23,484 bases of DNA from Nitrospirota bacterium (GTDB lineage Bacteria > Nitrospirota > Thermodesulfovibrionia > Thermodesulfovibrionales > Dissulfurispiraceae). The position numbers were made by a program, and so were the translations under genes. The DNA lies in the NCBI GenBank assembly GCA_040758355.1, contig JBFLWF010000032.1, positions 1 through 23,484 on the forward strand, given 5' to 3'. Below the pieces are notes generated by a model that worked only from the letters and a program-made list of their open reading frames with translations, was not told where the DNA came from and did not search any database. Below are positions 9,710 to 18,934 of the stretch, one piece after another. Every line of letters begins with the position of its first letter. The stretch's first letter is position 1.

Positions 9710-10246
9710 ATGAGGATTCTCATAATCCCCATAGGAGTCATTGACGCAGCAGTCCTGAAAGACATCGCAGATGCCCTTGAAAAGACATTTCATTGCAAGG
9801 TCGAATTTGGCAAAGAAATACCTGTACCGCAGGATTTGTATAGCAACAAAAGAGGGCAGTACCATTCCACACGAATTCTCAGGAGGCTGTATCCCTTTAA
9901 GACAAAAGACTTTCATAGGGTGCTCGGTGTAATGGATGCAGACCTCTATGTCCCGGAACTCAATTTTGTCTTCGGGGAGGCGGATATATTAGCTGGAGTA
10001 ACGGTTATAGCCCTCGCAAGGCTGCGTCAGGAGTTCTATAGACTAAATTCTGACAGAGACCTCTTTCACCTGAGGGCTGTCAAAGAGGCCATACATGAAA
10101 TCGGCCATACATACGGCCTCGGCCACTGTCCTGACCCTAAATGCATAATGTATTTTTCCAATAGTCTGAAAGATACCGACAGGAAAGGCCCTGGATTCTG
10201 TAACATCTGCAAGCATGAACTCAATATTTTAGTTTCAGAGGACTGA
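9710..10246 (+). CDS. Archaemetzincin-family Zn metalloprotease (peptidase M54)
   Basis: LNFVFGEA, HEIGHTYGLGHC, CIMYFSNS, and a Cys4 site ending FCNIC. Confidence 0.92.
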   Translation: MRILIIPIGVIDAAVLKDIADALEKTFHCKVEFGKEIPVPQDLYSNKRGQYHSTRILRRLYPFKTKDFHRVLGVMDADLYVPELNFVFGEADILAGVTVIALARLRQEFYRLNSDRDLFHLRAVKEAIHEIGHTYGLGHCPDPKCIMYFSNSLKDTDRKGPGFCNICKHELNILVSED

Positions 10247-10247
10247 A

Positions 10248-10994
10248 ATGTTCGATCCAGTCATGCTTGCGGAACTGACTAAAAAAGATGTCTGCAAAGA
10301 TGATTCGAGAAAATACTATCGTTTCAGGCCATCGAGATTTTACGGCGGCATATCCACTGCAGACTGCGTTGGATGCTGCCTGAGATGCATATTCTGCTGG
10401 GCATGGAATGTGGTTGCGAGACCTGCCGAGCATGGTGAATTTTATTCTCCGGAAGATGTTGCACGGAGATTGACAAGGATTGCAGAAAAGAAACGCCTTA
10501 ATCAGATGCGCATTAGCGGCAATGAGCCAACCATCTGCCGTGAACACCTTATAAGGGTTCTTGAATTGATAGATGAAAAATACCTATTCATACTCGAAAC
10601 AAACGGCATACTTATAGGCAAAAACGAAGGGTATGCAAAGGATTTATCGAGATTCAAAAATCTGCATGTGAGGGTAAGCCTGAAAGGCACATGCAATGAG
10701 GAATTCTCAAGACTCACAGGTGCTGTTCCAGAGGGGTTTGATTTACAACTAAAGGCACTTGAAAACCTTATCCGACATGGAGTAAAAGTCCATCCCGCCT
10801 GCATGATAAGCTTCAGCACGCAAGAAAACATAAAGGCATTGAGGAAAAGGCTGAAGACAATACATCCGGCATTTGAAGAATTTGAAGTAGAGGAACTCAT
10901 TCTCTATCCCCATGTGGAGGAACGGCTCAAAAAATTGGATATCACATACTATACTGCTTACAGACCTGATAATATCCCGCCTGAACAGGTATGA
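10248..10994 (+). CDS. Radical SAM protein of unknown function
   Basis: CCLRCIFC (CxxxCxxC), RISGNEP, FILETNG, VRVSLKG. Confidence 0.88.
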   Translation: MFDPVMLAELTKKDVCKDDSRKYYRFRPSRFYGGISTADCVGCCLRCIFCWAWNVVARPAEHGEFYSPEDVARRLTRIAEKKRLNQMRISGNEPTICREHLIRVLELIDEKYLFILETNGILIGKNEGYAKDLSRFKNLHVRVSLKGTCNEEFSRLTGAVPEGFDLQLKALENLIRHGVKVHPACMISFSTQENIKALRKRLKTIHPAFEEFEVEELILYPHVEERLKKLDITYYTAYRPDNIPPEQV

Positions 10995-11053
10995 ATACTG
11001 TCCATACACTTATTATATTTTTCGAAAAAAGCATTATAATTTGAGTAGAAACC

Positions 11054-12361
11054 ATGGAAAATGCATTTTTCAGTCAACTGGCACTATATGCATTCCTGTT
11101 CGGAATCTTAAGTGCTGTTTCCCTCCCTATAGGTGCATGGCTGGGTGTTTTAACCAGGCCCACCGAACGTCTCACTGCATCGATAATGGCTTACGGTGCA
11201 GGTGCGCTGCTGGCTGCCCTTACCCTTGAACTGGTTGCCGAAGCACTTGAGAGGCTGCACGGCGGATTCTGGCCTGTAGGTCTCGGCTGCATTATAGGAG
11301 GTCTGACCTTTGTCTCGCTTAACCGTGCAATAAACAATCGAGGCGGCTTCTTAAGAAAGACCGCCACCCTTATAAGGCATGCAACGAAATTGAAGCGCAA
11401 ACGCATCTCTGGCATCATAGAATATTTAAGCAACGTGCCTTTATTGAATTCGCTGCCGCCTGAAGAGATACATTCCCTCGTTGCAAATGTTCAGGAGAGA
11501 GATTTTAAACAGGGGACACGCATTATCACAGAGGGCGAGCAGGGATTTGAGCTATACATGATTAAAAAAGGCTGCGTTGAGGTTCTGCATCAAGGAAAGA
11601 TAGTAGCCACGCTCGGACCATCCGAAGTTTTCGGAGAAATGGCGCTTCTGACGCACGAAGTAAGGCAGGCAACAGTAGTGGCCAAAACCGATGTAACGCT
11701 CCTGGAAATCCATAGGTCTGATTTTGACCGGCTCCTTCAAATTTCTCCCAGATTGAAACAGGAAGTGCAGGATCTTTACGATGCCCATCGCCGTGGATTG
11801 GAACAGATTGAAAAGAGGATCGATTCCGGAATATGGGCAGAAAAAGTGGAAAAATTCACCGAAGAGGAAGTCTATAGACCTTCCGCAGCAGAAATACACG
11901 AAATATCTAAAAAGCATATAGCGCATAAAGGCGCTCCGTTAGCCATCCTGCTCGGCACATTTCTGGACGGCATGCCTGAGTCCTTCGTGATAGGAGCCAG
12001 CATGATAGGCGACGCCGGAGTGAGTCTTGCCCTCATAATCGGTGTATTCCTGGCGAATTTCCCTGAATCCATGTCCAGTTCCATAGGCATGAAGAAAATG
12101 GGCATGCCCAACTGGAAAATAACTTTATTGTGGGGTTCGCTCTGCATATTATCGGGTATCGGTGCATACTTAGGGAATATTGTATTGCAGGAGGCGCCTG
12201 CATATACAGTAGCTTTTTTTGAAAGCCTCGCCGCTGGTGCAATGCTTGCAATGATAGCAGAAACCATGCTGCCGGAGGCATTTGAACAGGGCGGCTCTGT
12301 TGTGGGCATGTCAACTATTTTTGGCTTTCTGTCAGCGATCTTTATAAAGACAATGGAGTAG
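11054..12361 (+). CDS. ZIP-family-like membrane transporter with an inserted cyclic-nucleotide-binding domain
   Basis: Three N-terminal TM helices; a central CNBD (IITEGEQGFELYMIKKG, FGEMALL, RQATV); C-terminal TMs with LDGMPES, LANFPES and AAGAMLAMIAETMLPEAF. Confidence 0.85.
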   Translation: MENAFFSQLALYAFLFGILSAVSLPIGAWLGVLTRPTERLTASIMAYGAGALLAALTLELVAEALERLHGGFWPVGLGCIIGGLTFVSLNRAINNRGGFLRKTATLIRHATKLKRKRISGIIEYLSNVPLLNSLPPEEIHSLVANVQERDFKQGTRIITEGEQGFELYMIKKGCVEVLHQGKIVATLGPSEVFGEMALLTHEVRQATVVAKTDVTLLEIHRSDFDRLLQISPRLKQEVQDLYDAHRRGLEQIEKRIDSGIWAEKVEKFTEEEVYRPSAAEIHEISKKHIAHKGAPLAILLGTFLDGMPESFVIGASMIGDAGVSLALIIGVFLANFPESMSSSIGMKKMGMPNWKITLLWGSLCILSGIGAYLGNIVLQEAPAYTVAFFESLAAGAMLAMIAETMLPEAFEQGGSVVGMSTIFGFLSAIFIKTME

Positions 12362-12380
12362 ACCGGAATAGATATAACGC

Positions 12381-13574
12381 TTATCTCGGCCTTACACGGG
12401 TGCCATCCTTGATTGATTCGTCAGGATGCGCAATGACCATTTCACCCTCAGAAATTCCTGAAACAATCTCAGCTACCAGCCCTGTCCGATGACCGATTTC
12501 AACCTGTCGTAGATGTGCCCTCTTATTCTTCACCACAAATACTGCCCAGCCTTCACCCATGCGAAAGAGGGCGCTGGCAGGGACCTGAAGCACATTCTTT
12601 CCCTCCCAGATTATGAAGCGTGCATCCACCCTGTATCCGTCACCGAGCCTCTGCCAGCTCTCTGGAAGCGAAGTAATGTCTGCTATGACGAGCACCCTTT
12701 GTTCCTCCACTCCGAGACTGGATATCTTTGTAAACCCCGCAGGCTCTATAACCCTCACCTTTCCTGAAAGGGCAGGATCGCCGCCCCATCTCTCAAAAAG
12801 CACGGTAGTTCCTATCTTGATCTTCACCGCATCCGCTGAGAGGAGTTCTACTTTGACCTCAAGCTTGCCTGGATCTCCTATATCTACCAATGGCTCTCCT
12901 GAGTTCACCACTCCTTCACTCTCATGATGTATCTTGAGGACACGGCCATTAACAGGGGTGCGTATTGCAACAATGCGGCCGTGATTCGTGATTCCTTCGG
13001 CTGCAGAATACCGCAAGGCAGTGCGGGCCTTATCAAGCTCAAAGCGTGCCACCCTCACAGCAGCCTCGGCAGAAAGACGATTTGCCTCTGTGCGCTTTGC
13101 CTCTGATTCGGCCTGTTCAAGTGCATCCTTTGAGGCATAGCCTTCATCATAGAGCCTTTTTATGCGTTCATGATTCGACTTCGCATATTCTGCATTTGCT
13201 GCAGATGCACGGGCATTCTCCTCTGCAGCCTTCAGTGATGCTTCTGCTGCTGAAACAGCAGCCTCTGCCTCTGCACGGCTCCTCGGGTCAAGAACAGCAG
13301 ACCTCAGAGGTTCAAGCTCAACAACAACCTGTGTTTTTTTCACATGGTCACCAACATCAAGTTCAATGCGTCTCATGAATCCTGAAACAGGCGCGGAGAT
13401 GACAAACCTGTCCCTTACCCTTGTCTTTCCTTCTTCTTCTATCGTGACGGTCAGCGGCCCACGTAATGCCTTCGCAATATCAACAGGTACATGCCTCGGC
13501 ATAAAGCCATAAACAATGGCGAATATTACAGCCATTGAAATTGCGATTATGATTATCCATCTGCTTTTTCTCAT
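12381..13574 (-). CDS. Membrane fusion protein (HlyD/MacA-like periplasmic adaptor)
   Basis: N-terminal TM anchor, EEEGKTRVRDRFVISAPVSG, a coiled-coil hairpin, and KISSLGVEEQRV. Confidence 0.92.
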   Translation of the reverse strand: MRKSRWIIIIAISMAVIFAIVYGFMPRHVPVDIAKALRGPLTVTIEEEGKTRVRDRFVISAPVSGFMRRIELDVGDHVKKTQVVVELEPLRSAVLDPRSRAEAEAAVSAAEASLKAAEENARASAANAEYAKSNHERIKRLYDEGYASKDALEQAESEAKRTEANRLSAEAAVRVARFELDKARTALRYSAAEGITNHGRIVAIRTPVNGRVLKIHHESEGVVNSGEPLVDIGDPGKLEVKVELLSADAVKIKIGTTVLFERWGGDPALSGKVRVIEPAGFTKISSLGVEEQRVLVIADITSLPESWQRLGDGYRVDARFIIWEGKNVLQVPASALFRMGEGWAVFVVKNKRAHLRQVEIGHRTGLVAEIVSGISEGEMVIAHPDESIKDGTRVRPR

Positions 13575-13576
13575 TT

Positions 13577-15940
13577 TTACTCCCTTGTCTTCAGCGCTGC
13601 CACAAGGTCGAGGCGGTCAAGCCTGTGGCGTACTATCAAGCCCGAAACACAGGCAGATACAACTACAACTGTAGCTGAGAGTGAATAAGTAGCAGGCCCC
13701 ACTGCTACAGGAATCCTGAAGAGGTCGGAACTCAGGGCTATTGCTATATAAGTACAAAGCAGCCTTCCAAGAATAAATCCAAGGGGAATAGCAGCAAGGG
13801 TGAGAAGTCCAAGCTCCCCTAAAAGAATATAGGATATCTCTGCACGCGTGTAGCCCAGCACCCTCAGGCTTGCAAGCTCACGACTCCGCTCTGCCAGCGC
13901 TATTCTTGCGCTGTTGTACACAACTCCGAAGGCAATGGTTCCTGCAAGGATGGTGGCCACAAAGGTGAAGAAGAGGAGCGCCTCAGCCTGTGTCTCGTAG
14001 AAATTCCTTATCTCGTCCTTCCTCACAACAGTGCCAACTACACGGGGCATATCAACAAGCCTCCTGTATATCTCATGCTGATACAGAGAGTCAACAGAAA
14101 GATAGGCGCCTGAAATGGCATTGCCTTCCCTCATGAGCCTGTTGAGGGCGGATAAATCCATATAACCCTGCAGCCCTATGTATTGTTTGATAAGCCCGAT
14201 CACAGGCACCTGGCGTATAGGTCTGTTTCCTTCCAATACTTCCACTGTAAGCATATCTCCCGGCCTGACACCGAGGATTGTGTTCAAATAGTCTGTGAGC
14301 ACTATACCATCAGGGGGAAGATGTATCGGCTTCAGATTCATATCAAGGAGAAAATGGAGATTACTGTCCGGCTCTATACCCTGGATGGATGTTCGATAAC
14401 TGAGGTGCCCGAATCTGAGCCGGGCAGGGACTGACCTGAAGACCTCGGCATGTTCAACACCTGCAAGGCCTTTCAGTTCATAAACCGCCTTTCTTGAAGT
14501 GGGCTCAACAAAGGTGACGGTCATGTCCTCCTTCTGTGATAGCCTGAACTGCACATTTATCATGAAGTCAATAGCATCCCTCGAAAATGTGCCTGCAATC
14601 ATTATAGCACAGGAAAGGGATATGCCCGTGATTGTGAGGAGCGACTTTATCGGCCTTCTTCCTATATTGCGGAGGATCATTCGTGTTGGCTGGGATAACA
14701 GGGGACCGAGGCCGATCCTCTCAATTATTGTTTTCCTGTATAGTGCAGGAGTTTCCGGCTGCATTGCCTCTGCAGGAGGAAGCATTGCTGCCTTCCAGAC
14801 CGAATGGATTGTGCCTGCAAGGGCAGCTCCAATGGTGATGAGCGATGCAGTAATGGCAACTGATGGTTTCAAGTCATATATAAGATACGGGAAACGATAG
14901 AACTCCATGTATATCTTGCCAAGTCCCTTGCCGAGCCATACACCAACAGCAATCCCGCCGGCAATGCCGATGAGTACGATGAGAAGAACCATCTTCACAT
15001 AGTGGATGCCTATGATACGGTTGCTGTAGCCAAAGGCCTTGAGCGTTGCTATCTGTTCACGCTGGAGGCTTATAGTCCTGCTGACAACCACATTGAGCAG
15101 AAAGGCAGCAACAGCAATAAATATGGAAGGAAATATCTCCGCACTCCTCTGCAACTGCTTGAACTCTTCACTGAGAAAGCGGTGGGATATCTGGTCTTTC
15201 CTGCCATACGAGCCGAGGCCGCCGTAGTGGTCTATGAGGCTGTCAAGCTGGATGAGGACATCGTTCAGCCTTGCATCGTCGGAAATGGTCAGCGCCACAT
15301 CATTGAATGCGCCTTTCATGTCATAGGCAGTGCCCATGGCATTTCGCCCCATCCAGAGGATTGCGTAACGCTTGTAGTCAGGGCTTATGGCGCCCGGCCT
15401 TGTCTGCAGGACGAATTCAGGAGAAAGGGCAATACCAACAATGACGAGGGTCTTCCATTTGCCGTTGATAACGGCGCCGAAGCTGTCGCCGGGCTTGAAC
15501 CTGTGCGCCTCTGCAAATGCCTCGCTCACAACCACCTCATTGTCCTTCCATGGGTCAACCATCCTGCCCCTCCTGATATAGAGCCTGTTCAGGAGAGGAC
15601 TGCCGATGTCGGGCACAGAGACAAGCCTGGCTGTTACAGGCTCTAAAAAGCCCTTTATGTCCAGCTTCACATTGGCCGCAACGCGGGTCTCAATCTGATC
15701 CACACCGGGTATTTCATCAATGCGGTTTTTGAGGATTTCAGGTGCACGCTTCAATGATGCAAAGACCTCTGCAAAACCATAGTCTTTATAGAACTTATCC
15801 CTTGTGAGGTTCAGGGAATCCATTACACTTATCAACATGACGTAGGTGGAAACGCCGCTCACAATGACAAGGGCAATGGCAAAGACCTGCTCCCTCATCT
15901 TCCATAAATCCCTCCATAGTTTTCGGTCCAGTGACTTCAT
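13577..15940 (-). CDS. ABC transporter permease, FtsX/MacB-like (duplicated)
   Basis: 787 aa with two FtsX-type halves (QREQIATLKAFGY; ERSRELASLRVLGY). Confidence 0.92.
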   Translation of the reverse strand: MKSLDRKLWRDLWKMREQVFAIALVIVSGVSTYVMLISVMDSLNLTRDKFYKDYGFAEVFASLKRAPEILKNRIDEIPGVDQIETRVAANVKLDIKGFLEPVTARLVSVPDIGSPLLNRLYIRRGRMVDPWKDNEVVVSEAFAEAHRFKPGDSFGAVINGKWKTLVIVGIALSPEFVLQTRPGAISPDYKRYAILWMGRNAMGTAYDMKGAFNDVALTISDDARLNDVLIQLDSLIDHYGGLGSYGRKDQISHRFLSEEFKQLQRSAEIFPSIFIAVAAFLLNVVVSRTISLQREQIATLKAFGYSNRIIGIHYVKMVLLIVLIGIAGGIAVGVWLGKGLGKIYMEFYRFPYLIYDLKPSVAITASLITIGAALAGTIHSVWKAAMLPPAEAMQPETPALYRKTIIERIGLGPLLSQPTRMILRNIGRRPIKSLLTITGISLSCAIMIAGTFSRDAIDFMINVQFRLSQKEDMTVTFVEPTSRKAVYELKGLAGVEHAEVFRSVPARLRFGHLSYRTSIQGIEPDSNLHFLLDMNLKPIHLPPDGIVLTDYLNTILGVRPGDMLTVEVLEGNRPIRQVPVIGLIKQYIGLQGYMDLSALNRLMREGNAISGAYLSVDSLYQHEIYRRLVDMPRVVGTVVRKDEIRNFYETQAEALLFFTFVATILAGTIAFGVVYNSARIALAERSRELASLRVLGYTRAEISYILLGELGLLTLAAIPLGFILGRLLCTYIAIALSSDLFRIPVAVGPATYSLSATVVVVSACVSGLIVRHRLDRLDLVAALKTRE

Positions 15941-15944
15941 TTGC

Positions 15945-16670
15945 TCACCATCTTAGTTGTCCCGGAGGTTTTTTCACAATGTTCCTGGTGATCTCTGAGA
16001 TGAGGCCATTGCTCAGATGCACCACACGGTCTGCCATTCCGGCTATATCAACATTGTGGGTGATGACAACTGTGGTCGTGCCAAGCTCACGATTAACCCT
16101 TTCAAGTGCCTCAAGCACCACAATACCCGTTGCGGAATCGAGGGCGCCTGTCGGCTCATCGCAGAGGAGGACCTCAGGGTTTTTGGATATAGCACGGGCA
16201 ATGGCAACCCTCTGCTGCTCTCCGCCTGAAAGCTGCGAAGGGAAATGGTCAAGCCTCTCACTCAATCCGACAATGGCGAGTGCATCCTCTGGCTTCATGG
16301 GTCTTTTTGCTATATCAGTAACAACAGCAACATTCTCGCGGGCAGTAAGGCTCGGAATGAGGTTATAAAACTGAAAGACAAATCCCACATGAAAACGCCT
16401 GTATTCGGTGAGCTCCTGTTCTGTTGCCTTAGTGATTTCCTTGCCGCGATATATCACCTTTCCGGATGTAGCTGTATCGAGGCCTCCGATAATATTAAGG
16501 AGAGTGGATTTCCCGCTGCCTGATGGTCCGAGCATTACAATAAGTTCCCGTGAATAGATTTCCATATCTACACCACGCAGGGCATGAACCTTCACCTCTC
16601 CCATCTGATAGACCTTTGTGAGGCCGCTTATCTTAAATACTATGTTTTCTGCAACGACAGATTCATTCAT
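15945..16670 (-). CDS. ABC transporter ATP-binding protein (LolD/MacB-like)
   Basis: [37 protein letters not shown]. Confidence 0.96.
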   Translation of the reverse strand: MNESVVAENIVFKISGLTKVYQMGEVKVHALRGVDMEIYSRELIVMLGPSGSGKSTLLNIIGGLDTATSGKVIYRGKEITKATEQELTEYRRFHVGFVFQFYNLIPSLTARENVAVVTDIAKRPMKPEDALAIVGLSERLDHFPSQLSGGEQQRVAIARAISKNPEVLLCDEPTGALDSATGIVVLEALERVNRELGTTTVVITHNVDIAGMADRVVHLSNGLISEITRNIVKKPPGQLRW

Positions 16671-16769
16671 TTAATTAAAATTATACTGCATGCCGGGTTC
16701 ATTCACTACCTCAAATATAGCGGGGACTTATGGAAAGTGCTATAGTTGATATATTAAAAGAGGAAGACA

Positions 16770-17759
16770 ATGAACAGGCGGGAATTTATAGCAGCAATGG
16801 CAGGAGGTGTAATACTAACAATGGCAGGTGGAAGACCTGTTTCAGCAACGCAATTAAAATCCCCAATGGATAAAAAAACAAAGGTATCCCTCATTAAAAC
16901 CCCTGACAGGGCTTCAGGAATAAAAAGGGCTATAGAACTCCTTGCTATAAACCCTGTAAAGGGAAAGGATGTGCTCCTCAAGCCGAACTTCAACACTGCA
17001 GACCCCTTCCCCGGCTCTACGCACAACGATACACTCATCCATTTGATATTGCACATGAAGGAGATGGGCGCCAAGAGTATCACCATAGGAGAGAGGAGCG
17101 GCCCTCCTGACACATCAGATGTTCTGAAGGAAAAAGGCATGTACGAACTCTGCAAAAAACTTGATGTTGGACTCATAAACTTCGAAGAACTCCCGCCGGA
17201 TGGATGGGTAAGGATAAGGCCTGAAAACAGCCACTGGAGAGATGGCTTTGATGTGGCAAGGCCTGTGCTTGATTCAAAGTGTATTGTATCAACATGCTGC
17301 CTCAAGACCCACGGTTACGGCGGCGTATTCACCATGTCGTTAAAACTGTCTGTAGGAGTCACTCACAAGAGGAATATGTCGGAACTCCACACATCCCTCC
17401 GGAGCATGAGGAAGATGATTGCAGAGATAAATCAGGCATACAACCCTTCATTGATACTGCTGGATGCTATAGAGGCATTTGTGGATGGAGGCCCTGCAAA
17501 GGGCACTAAAAAGAGGGCTGATGTGATAATTGCCGGAACAGACAGAATCGCCATAGATGCGGTTGGTCTGGCAGTATTGAAAGAACTTGGCAGCAACAAG
17601 GCAATAATGGAAAAGAAAATTTTTGAACAGGAACAGATAGCAAGGGCTGTTGAGCTTGGTCTTGGAGTAAAACAGCCGGGGGATATAGAGATATTAACCG
17701 ATGACAGGCATGGCAAAATATATGCTGAGCGATTGATGGAGATAATTTTGAAGGGCTGA
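16770..17759 (+). CDS. DUF362-domain protein with a twin-arginine signal peptide
   Basis: MNRREFI signal; VLLKPNF, LKTH, TMSLK, DGGP, DRIAIDAVG. GAGG RBS. Confidence 0.82.
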   Translation: MNRREFIAAMAGGVILTMAGGRPVSATQLKSPMDKKTKVSLIKTPDRASGIKRAIELLAINPVKGKDVLLKPNFNTADPFPGSTHNDTLIHLILHMKEMGAKSITIGERSGPPDTSDVLKEKGMYELCKKLDVGLINFEELPPDGWVRIRPENSHWRDGFDVARPVLDSKCIVSTCCLKTHGYGGVFTMSLKLSVGVTHKRNMSELHTSLRSMRKMIAEINQAYNPSLILLDAIEAFVDGGPAKGTKKRADVIIAGTDRIAIDAVGLAVLKELGSNKAIMEKKIFEQEQIARAVELGLGVKQPGDIEILTDDRHGKIYAERLMEIILKG

Positions 17760-17766
17760 TGAATCT

Positions 17767-18714
17767 TTATCTGAGTGCATATAATGCCTTCAATGCTATT
17801 TCTGCTGCGTCCCTTACATATTGCGTGTATTGAGATGCAAACTTATCCTCGCGGCGATTGTCAATAACAGGACATATGACACCTGCCCTGTAGCCGAGGG
17901 CGCCCATGAAATGCAGCAAAAAGCTTGCCTCCATCTCCATATTCTCTATCCTGCGTCCTTCGATGCCGGTATCTATTGATGCAATGACACCATCTATCTC
18001 AGGCACTGTCAAAGGCACTCTCGATACAACCCTGCCCTGATTTGCAAAGAACCCTGAATTGGATATGGTTATACCTCTTTTGTGCTTTATGTCGAGTCTT
18101 TGAGCCTCTCTATTTAATGCTTCAATAACATCTTTATGAGCCCTTGAGGCGTAGGGAAAGATTTTTTCTTTGAATCTTGAATTATGAGGGATAACTTCAT
18201 CGATAGTTTTTCTGATCCTATCCTCAAGCCTTTTGCAATCTTCGTCTTGATAGGGAGCATCATAAAACAATCCTGTATTATCAAGACCTACTGCGTAATC
18301 GGTTATGATAAGCGTCCCTAATTCCGTGTCAAGCTGAATGCCTCCGGAGGTGCCGATGCGGATTATGGTTATCATGTCGTATCCTGATTTTCTTTTCACG
18401 GTGTGAAAATCGATTTCATTCAAAGCAACTATCTCATTGAGCACGATCTCCATGGAAGGAGTGCCCATGCCTGATGTTATGACCGAGACCCTCTGGCCTG
18501 TCTCTTTAACCCTGCCTGTTATTGTCCTTAAACCCCTGTGGGATCTGTCGACTTCTTTTGTGTCAAAGAATTCATCTGCAATAAAAGGAACCCTTTCAGG
18601 ATCGCCGACAATAATGATGTCCCTTGCCAGTTCTTCCGGCCTTAAGTCTAAGTGATAAACCTTATCATTTATTATTGGTAAATCGGAGGTCTTGAAAGAA
18701 ATGTCATTTTTCAT
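17767..18714 (-). CDS. Uridine/nucleoside phosphorylase (PNP_UDP_1 family)
   Basis: YHLDLRPEE, VGDPERV, SGMGTPS, IRIGTSG, GFFANQGR, NMEMEAS. Confidence 0.88.
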   Translation of the reverse strand: MKNDISFKTSDLPIINDKVYHLDLRPEELARDIIIVGDPERVPFIADEFFDTKEVDRSHRGLRTITGRVKETGQRVSVITSGMGTPSMEIVLNEIVALNEIDFHTVKRKSGYDMITIIRIGTSGGIQLDTELGTLIITDYAVGLDNTGLFYDAPYQDEDCKRLEDRIRKTIDEVIPHNSRFKEKIFPYASRAHKDVIEALNREAQRLDIKHKRGITISNSGFFANQGRVVSRVPLTVPEIDGVIASIDTGIEGRRIENMEMEASFLLHFMGALGYRAGVICPVIDNRREDKFASQYTQYVRDAAEIALKALYALR

Positions 18715-18729
18715 GGGAAGCCTTTGGCA

Positions 18730-18928
18730 AATAAAAAGGTGGTGCTTGTATTCCCCTTCACCCAGTGAGTCTTTGTGACTTTACATCTTGAGACTTACAT
18801 CCTAAGACCTACATCTTACGACTTTACATCCTAAGACCTACATCTTACGACTTTACATCCTGAGACTTTACATCTTGAGACCCTGGGTAAAGAGGAGCAA
18901 GACCACCACCTCTTGAAACTCACTCTTT
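18730..18928 (-). ncRNA. Putative structured RNA or leader: long closing stem and U-tract enclosing a 7-unit repeat array
   Basis: Own promoter at 18935-18963. Arms 18883-18911 and 18737-18765 pair with G-U wobbles only on the minus strand and are followed by UUUUUAUUU. Confidence 0.65.
18777..18878. repeat. Tandem array of seven 14-15-bp units, consensus GAC(T/C)T(T)ACATC(C/T)TRM
   Basis: GACTTTACATCTTGA GACTTACATCCTAA GACCTACATCTTAC GACTTTACATCCTAA GACCTACATCTTAC GACTTTACATCCTGA GACTTTACATCTTGA. Confidence 0.95.
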
Positions 18929-18934
18929 GATTAA

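Noticed and set aside
18777..18878. CRISPR array
   Set aside because: Units are 14-15 bp and contiguous, with no unique spacers, and there are no cas genes in the window.
18777..18878. MazF (UACAU) cleavage-site array on the plus strand
   Set aside because: TACAT occurs in all units, but the promoter, G-U pairs and U-tract all point to the minus strand, and no mazF is nearby.
18831..18923. Trp-Trp leader peptide (VSFKRWWSC...) on the minus strand
   Set aside because: No SD before the GTG, and the downstream gene is unrelated to tryptophan. The TGGTGG is explained by the stem arm.
18730..18928. Canonical CsrB/RsmZ, 6S RNA or type III antitoxin
   Set aside because: Only 3 of 7 units have GGA (the others have AGA), and it lies in stems rather than loops. 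There is no 6S-like central bubble with a terminal stem. The units are much shorter than ToxI-type repeats, and the downstream gene looks like a housekeeping phosphorylase rather than ToxN.
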